Positions 58,737 to 64,000 of a DNA stretch of 64,000 bases are shown piece after piece (the first letter of the stretch is position 1; each line of letters begins with the position of its first letter). The notes beneath the pieces were generated by a model. It was not told the DNA's origin. It saw only the letters and a program-made list of their open reading frames with translations, and searched no databases. Source of the DNA: Octopus vulgaris (Eukaryota); NCBI GenBank assembly GCA_951406725.2, contig OX597814.1, positions 196,416,001 to 196,480,000 on the forward strand, written 5' to 3'. A program made the position numbers and the translations under genes.

Positions 58737-59108
58737 CTAGCAATATAGCCCGGGGTTGCTCGGGTTTGTAAGGGAAATAACTATAAAGCATTTTTAGAGA
58801 GTTATAGCCAAAAAATAGCAAAAAAATGGAAAAAAAATGATGGTAATTTTTTTTTTGAGAGTTAAAAAGGTGAGTTGCGTCCCCTAGACAGTCTGTGGTT
58901 TGTGTTTCTGATTCTTGACCCTATGTCGAATTTATCGATTTTTTTTCAGAACTGGGGGAACTTTTCAAAATTTTCGCTGCGTTAGTTTTGAATTATGACA
59001 TTGGGCTATGTGTGTGTCTAGTTTCATCAGAATCGGTTGAAAGCCGTGGTCAACCTAACAGACACACAGACACGCAGACAGACAAACTGCCGTTTATATA
59101 TAGAGAGA
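58737..59108 (-). mobile_element. Non-autonomous Helitron
   Basis: A|TCTCTCTATATAAA start, CCCGAGCAACCCCGGG hairpin, CTAG|T end on minus strand. Confidence 0.8.
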
Positions 59109-59139
59109 TAAGTCCAGCATTTTTTTTTTTTTTTGTGGA

Positions 59140-59308
59140 GTTGGAGTTAATCGATTATATCGACTCCGGTGCTCTGTTTATTTACACCGAATGACGGAAA
59201 GGCAAAAAGTGGACTTCGGCTGTATTTGAACTCAGAACGTGATGATTTGGAAGAAATGCCGCTAAGAATTTTTGCTCATGATAACGATTCTGACGGCTCA
59301 CTGCCTTC
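59140..59308 (-). mobile_element. SINE family B, degenerate
   Basis: GAAAGGCAAAAAGTGGACTTCGGC..TTTGAACTCAGAACGT..GCTCACTGCCTT. Confidence 0.7.
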
Positions 59309-60029
59309 ACCAACGTAATTATGAAAATTTGAGTTATTTGGTAAATCACTCTCATTACTTGATTATCTTTCAAACTAATTGAAATACATAGGTAATATAT
59401 ATATAATATGTATTTACACAAAAGTGTTAATACGTTAAAAGTAGATTATCAAATTTATGAAATTTAGAGAAATATTTATGAGAAGTCTAAAAGAAACCTT
59501 CCTTGATTATCAACTAGAATTTTAAGAGAAAATTTCTTAACGCTGATGAGCATTATTCTCTCAATTTCAGCTAATTCTGTTTCCTACCAAGATAATAGTC
59601 GCTCTTTAGGAGTAGAACTGGGTTGGAAACTTGCGGGAAATATGTAATTGATCATATCACTTGACGAGGGATTTTCTTTTTATCGTCACGGAAGCATAAG
59701 ACTGTAAACGTGACCGTTATTACTTGAATTCAGAATGTAAATTTTAAAATGAATGTCTATCGCAAATCTACATGTTCGTAATGGAGGATAATAAAAGATA
59801 CAATATAATTGAAGGTTTGGGGAGGGGATATAGTGAAATATCTCCATGTAATACAACACAGACATTTAAATGGATAGGGTTTTCTAAGGATATGGGCAGT
59901 GCTTGTCAGTAAAATCGTTTGGATTTCTCTGAGACATGATTCTCCTGGGATCTTATGTAAAATATTCTAGTTTGTGAAGCATTAAGTGACCGAAAATACA
60001 AAGTTTCTTTCTATAAAGTAGTCATCTGT

Positions 60030-60207
60030 GTGTCGCAAAGTTAACGTCCAGTTACTGCCGGTATTTATTTCCCCGCTGAGTGAAATGGAGAAACGTTAAA
60101 CGAAGTACTATTATCAAGAAAACAGCGTGACATCCGATCCAGGAATTTACATTTCGACCTTGAGAAAGTGAAAGCAATATTATAACCACTAAGTCATGCT
60201 CCTTCGC
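60030..60207 (-). mobile_element. SINE D-like head/core, degenerate
   Basis: GCTGAGTGAA..AACGTTAAA..TAACCACTAAGTCATGC..CCTTC. Confidence 0.5.
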
Positions 60208-60284
60208 CTGAACAAAAAGGACCGTACCATAATGCAGTAAGCTATTCTCTATTCTGCTTCACCAGGTTTCTTCATCCGCCAGTC

Positions 60285-60590
60285 GTCAAATTTTATAATA
60301 TATGTACTGCAATAGCTTGGGTTTCAGGTGCCCACAGCTGTTTGACTGTCTGCCGAAGAATCTGAGGAGGCTCCATAGTGTGGATGTAGATGTTTTCAAA
60401 CGCGAACTTGACCTCGGGCTCACTGAGATCCCGGATGAACCAATATCTAAGCAAGAAACTCAAAAGAGGGCAGTAACATCGAACTCCATCCTTCACCAAA
60501 GCCGCTCCGACAAAGGTGGAAAGTGAAAGATGATCACAATGACAGTGCTCCAACATGGCCACAGTCATTGCACTGAAACATATAAAAGAA
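60285..60590 (+). mobile_element. CR1/L2-group LINE 3' end
   Basis: NSLGFRCPQLFDCLPKNLR..VDVFKRELD..IPDEP..RAVTSNSILHQ..*, then GTGCTCCAACATGGCCACAGTCA..CTGAAACATATAAAAGA. Confidence 0.78.
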
Positions 60591-60906
60591 TATATAATTG
60601 TCTACATGTAATGTCTTCGCAACATTTTGTAAGTTTCTTCAGGCTGTTTTGAATTATTTATTCAATTCGTCGGGCCTTCACTTACATCAAATGCATAGAT
60701 AAAGCATATTGTTATTTAGGGTTTATCCCAGGAGGTTGCTTCTGTCAGCATAAAAGTCACCATCGGTTTTATTTTCAGAGAAATTTCTATTTAATTTTTA
60801 ATAAAACATCTACTTCGATAAGAAAATGTCAATAATTTACGCGATTTCTTTCCTGAATAAATATTCGTTATATTAATTTTCTGGACACGACAAGACTACA
60901 AGAATT

Positions 60907-61331
60907 GGATCTTTTCGGTTTGAACGGCAGTTTTTTCTAGCGGTGTCATATGAAATTGTCACTTATAATTATGACCCTAGTATCGATCTATTGCATTTCA
61001 ATCTCTTTTAGGGTTAGGCTTAGGGTTAGGTGTGGGGGGAAGGGTAACTTTTTTCTTCAGAAATGTAAATAAACCCAATCTGTTTCTTAAACGAGGGACA
61101 TATTCATACGGCACAGAATGTGTTCACCTCAGTTAGACGTCACTGATTGGTTGAAATTGCAGGAATTGAAGAAAAAAACAACAACAAATATCTTACAAAC
61201 TATAGAATTTTCTCAATAAAGCCAAGAGAAAAAGATGTTTTAAAAACACATCCTACCAGTATACGAAGTTTAAAAGTGTTTAGTTACGTGGAAATTATTT
61301 TAAAAAACTGCCGGTCAAACCGAAAAGATCC
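60907..61331. mobile_element. MITE with ~30-bp TIRs and 8-bp TSD (Merlin- or hAT-like), containing TTAGGG-like repeats
   Basis: CAAGAATT|GGATCTTTTCGGTTTGAACGGCAGTTTTTT..AAAAAACTGCCGGTCAAACCGAAAAGATCC|CAAGAATT. Confidence 0.9.
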
Positions 61332-62301
61332 CAAGAATTTTATCAACACTTTTCTCGTAAGCTTTCCCTTTCATTTTTCTATACTTCACTACGCATTTTT
61401 GTCAGATAGTTCAAGGTGTTTAAAGAAATATTCTTTTAAAAATTTTATTCTGTCTTAATTCGATTATTAAATGTTATTTTCCTCCGTACTTTATATGATC
61501 TGTGTATTATTTTTTCGTTGTTTTCTCATCGTAAAGCCATCCATAAATAAATAGCATGAGGTGAATACTGAAACAGTAAGTTCACTAAAATCATATGAGT
61601 CTTGACAACCAATCACGATGGCTGGCTATTTTCAAAAATAACTTTTCAGAAAACTTTCATTATATTATTTCTACTTTATAAGGATTCACTCTATTTTATA
61701 GCATTTGTTAAACATATTTTTCCCTCTCATCAAAAGCAACAAATATATTGAAAGCTAAAATGAAAAATAAAAAATGTACGAATAACATTATTGGTTTGTG
61801 TTATCAAAATAGCCGGCGTACGTAAATTATAGAGTAGATCTTAATGTTTAAAAGTGTGTATAGAGCGTTTTACTCATAAAAATAACTTCATTAATTCAAT
61901 GTCTATGTTCTTCTTATTAATTATTTGAGAAAATCACAACCTCATTTATAAACAGGTAATAATATTTAGTGTTTATCTATTTAGTTATTGGCGTTATGGC
62001 TTTCATTTGGTCAACAGAGAAACAGTAATATTGTGATGGCGGTTGCGGTGGTGGTGGTTGTGGTGGTACTGGTGATGGCGGCCTCAGAATTAGGTGATGA
62101 TAAAAATATCGACTGCAATTTTAGTTGCTTTTGTTGTTGTATATATTTATTACTTGAGATTTCACTCTTCAAAGAACTGTAAATAGTTAAAGACGTTGAT
62201 TTATCTAAAAGAAAAAGAAAGTAACGACAGACCGCTTTAGTTCTAAGTATACATTATTTATGTGTATTTGTATGCGCAGACACGTAAAGACATGGCGAGA
62301 T

Positions 62302-62353
<52 letters not shown>

Positions 62354-63352
62354 AGTGGAGGGGAGGTACGACGACGAGCTCGGGGCGAACCTGGACGTCG
62401 ACGAGGAGTACCTGACCCGCCTGTTCAGGACGACTTTCGGGCCAGGGCCCATGGACAACTTCCAGAGATCCCTGGCCTGGCAGTGCTACCGAGAAGCGCT
62501 ACCCGTTCGGGATAAGCTCTACAGACACGGCTCGAGAAACACGGGGCCGACCTGCCCGAGATGCGGTCAGAGCGACGAAACCGTTCTGCACGCACTCGTT
62601 CAGTGTCCAACAATTTCCGACCTGTGGGCTTATGTCGAACAACTGCTGTCACGTGTGGGACGAGTCGGTTTATCAGCTGAGTCTATCGTCAATATTGTCA
62701 CGCCTCCTTCCTTCAAACGGGAAGGAAGAGCTATTTTCATCATCCTTGTGGCTATGGCGAAAGAATGTATCTGGTGGACGCGTCTGAAAGGATTGGAGAC
62801 AAACACTTTCCTCTCTGGTCAATCTCTCATCAACTTCTTCAAGTACCACTTGAAAAGGAAAGTGAGAGTAGAGAGGCAAGTTTTGTCTAGCGAATGTTTT
62901 AAAAAAGATGGGTGAATGTAGCAAGAATGGCACGTATGAATGACGAAGCCACCTTGAGCATAGTCCTATGAACCCAGAAATCGAAAACAGAGAGTTGCTT
63001 ATTTGCCAAAAAAAAAAAAAAAAAAAGAAATATAAAATGTGACTTCATTGACCGAGGTTACCGTGGTCTTTTCCGTAGGCTTTTCTTTCCACGGGTAAAC
63101 CTCACCTGTCCTCCCCTTTACACTTCATATTGACATTTCTGTGATAACGATCCCTATTGATCAATTTTTTTTTTCCTCTCCCCCTTTTTTTTAACCCCCT
63201 TTTTTTTGTCCTCTTTCTCTCCTTTTACGATCCCTTTTGATCGAAACTCCCCCTTCCTTTTTTTTTTTTTTTTTTTTTAAACCTTCAAAAGAAAAGCTCT
63301 ACCTTGTAATTTGTTCTATCTGTGTGCAGCCCTGTGTGGCTAATAAAGAAAA

Positions 63353-63355
<3 letters not shown>
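62354..63355 (+). mobile_element. Tx1/L1-clade LINE 3' end inserted in (ATCT)n
   Basis: W..YREALPVRDKL..CPRCGQSDETVLHALVQC..W (zf-RVT-like knuckle), IWWTR; pyrimidine-rich 3' UTR and AATAAA; (TATC)n both sides. Confidence 0.82.
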
Positions 63356-63412
<57 letters not shown>

Positions 63413-63417
63413 CCTAC

Positions 63418-63647
<230 letters not shown>

Positions 63648-63747
63648 ATATCTATATCTATCTATCTATCTGTCTACCTGTCTGTCTGTCTGTACACTTC
63701 TTTCTCTATATATATGGATAGTGGATACATTCATGCGTATACGTATC

Positions 63748-63800
<53 letters not shown>

Positions 63801-63802
<2 letters not shown>

Positions 63803-63947
63803 GCGTGTGTATTTTTCTTAAACAAGAATGTTGTTGACAGCTACTTCGATGTTTCGGCTAGCTAAGCCATTTCCGGACGATGGTTTAGTTGGTCGGAACT
63901 TCGAAGACACTGTCAACAATATTCTTGTTTAAGAAAAATACACACGC

Positions 63948-63949
<2 letters not shown>
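63801..63949. mobile_element. Inverted repeat in (TA)n with degenerate hammerhead-like arms; Penelope-like relic
   Basis: ~70-bp arms; composite TTC-CGGACGA-T-GGC TTAGCTA GCC-GAAA-CATC-GAAG. Confidence 0.65.
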
Positions 63950-63998
<49 letters not shown>

Positions 63999-64000
63999 GA

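Noticed and set aside
61008-61030. Telomere or chromosome-fusion relic
   Set aside because: Only about four units, inside a TSD-bounded MITE.

Overview
AT-rich animal genomic DNA, very probably cephalopod (Octopus-like; inferred from repeat content, not verified). I found no supportable host protein-coding gene: nearly all long ORFs are translated (TA)n/(CA)n/(TAA)n/(GATA)n microsatellites. The window is a mosaic of mobile-element relics: at least 5 tRNA-derived SINE types (about 30 copies) built from shuffled head/core/tail modules; about 8 R4/Dong-like restriction-endonuclease LINE fragments, nearly all in or beside (TAA)n; an RTE LINE with a PHD-type finger and a 62-bp tandem repeat in its 3' region; a Tx1/L1-like 3' end in (ATCT)n; two CR1/L2-group 3' ends sharing their tail with the commonest SINE; Tc1, mariner, pogo-like and 8-bp-TSD DNA transposons; non-autonomous Helitrons; and a probable Academ relic. 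The least obvious signal is a set of short inverted-repeat inserts in (TA)n tracts carrying minimal hammerhead-ribozyme-like motifs typical of Penelope-like elements, one with a repeated CCGACGA core variant. Overall this suggests microsatellites acting as landing pads for different element families. These element classes are known; no wholly new system is demonstrated. Family names come from motif recognition, not searches, and boundaries of degenerate copies are approximate.
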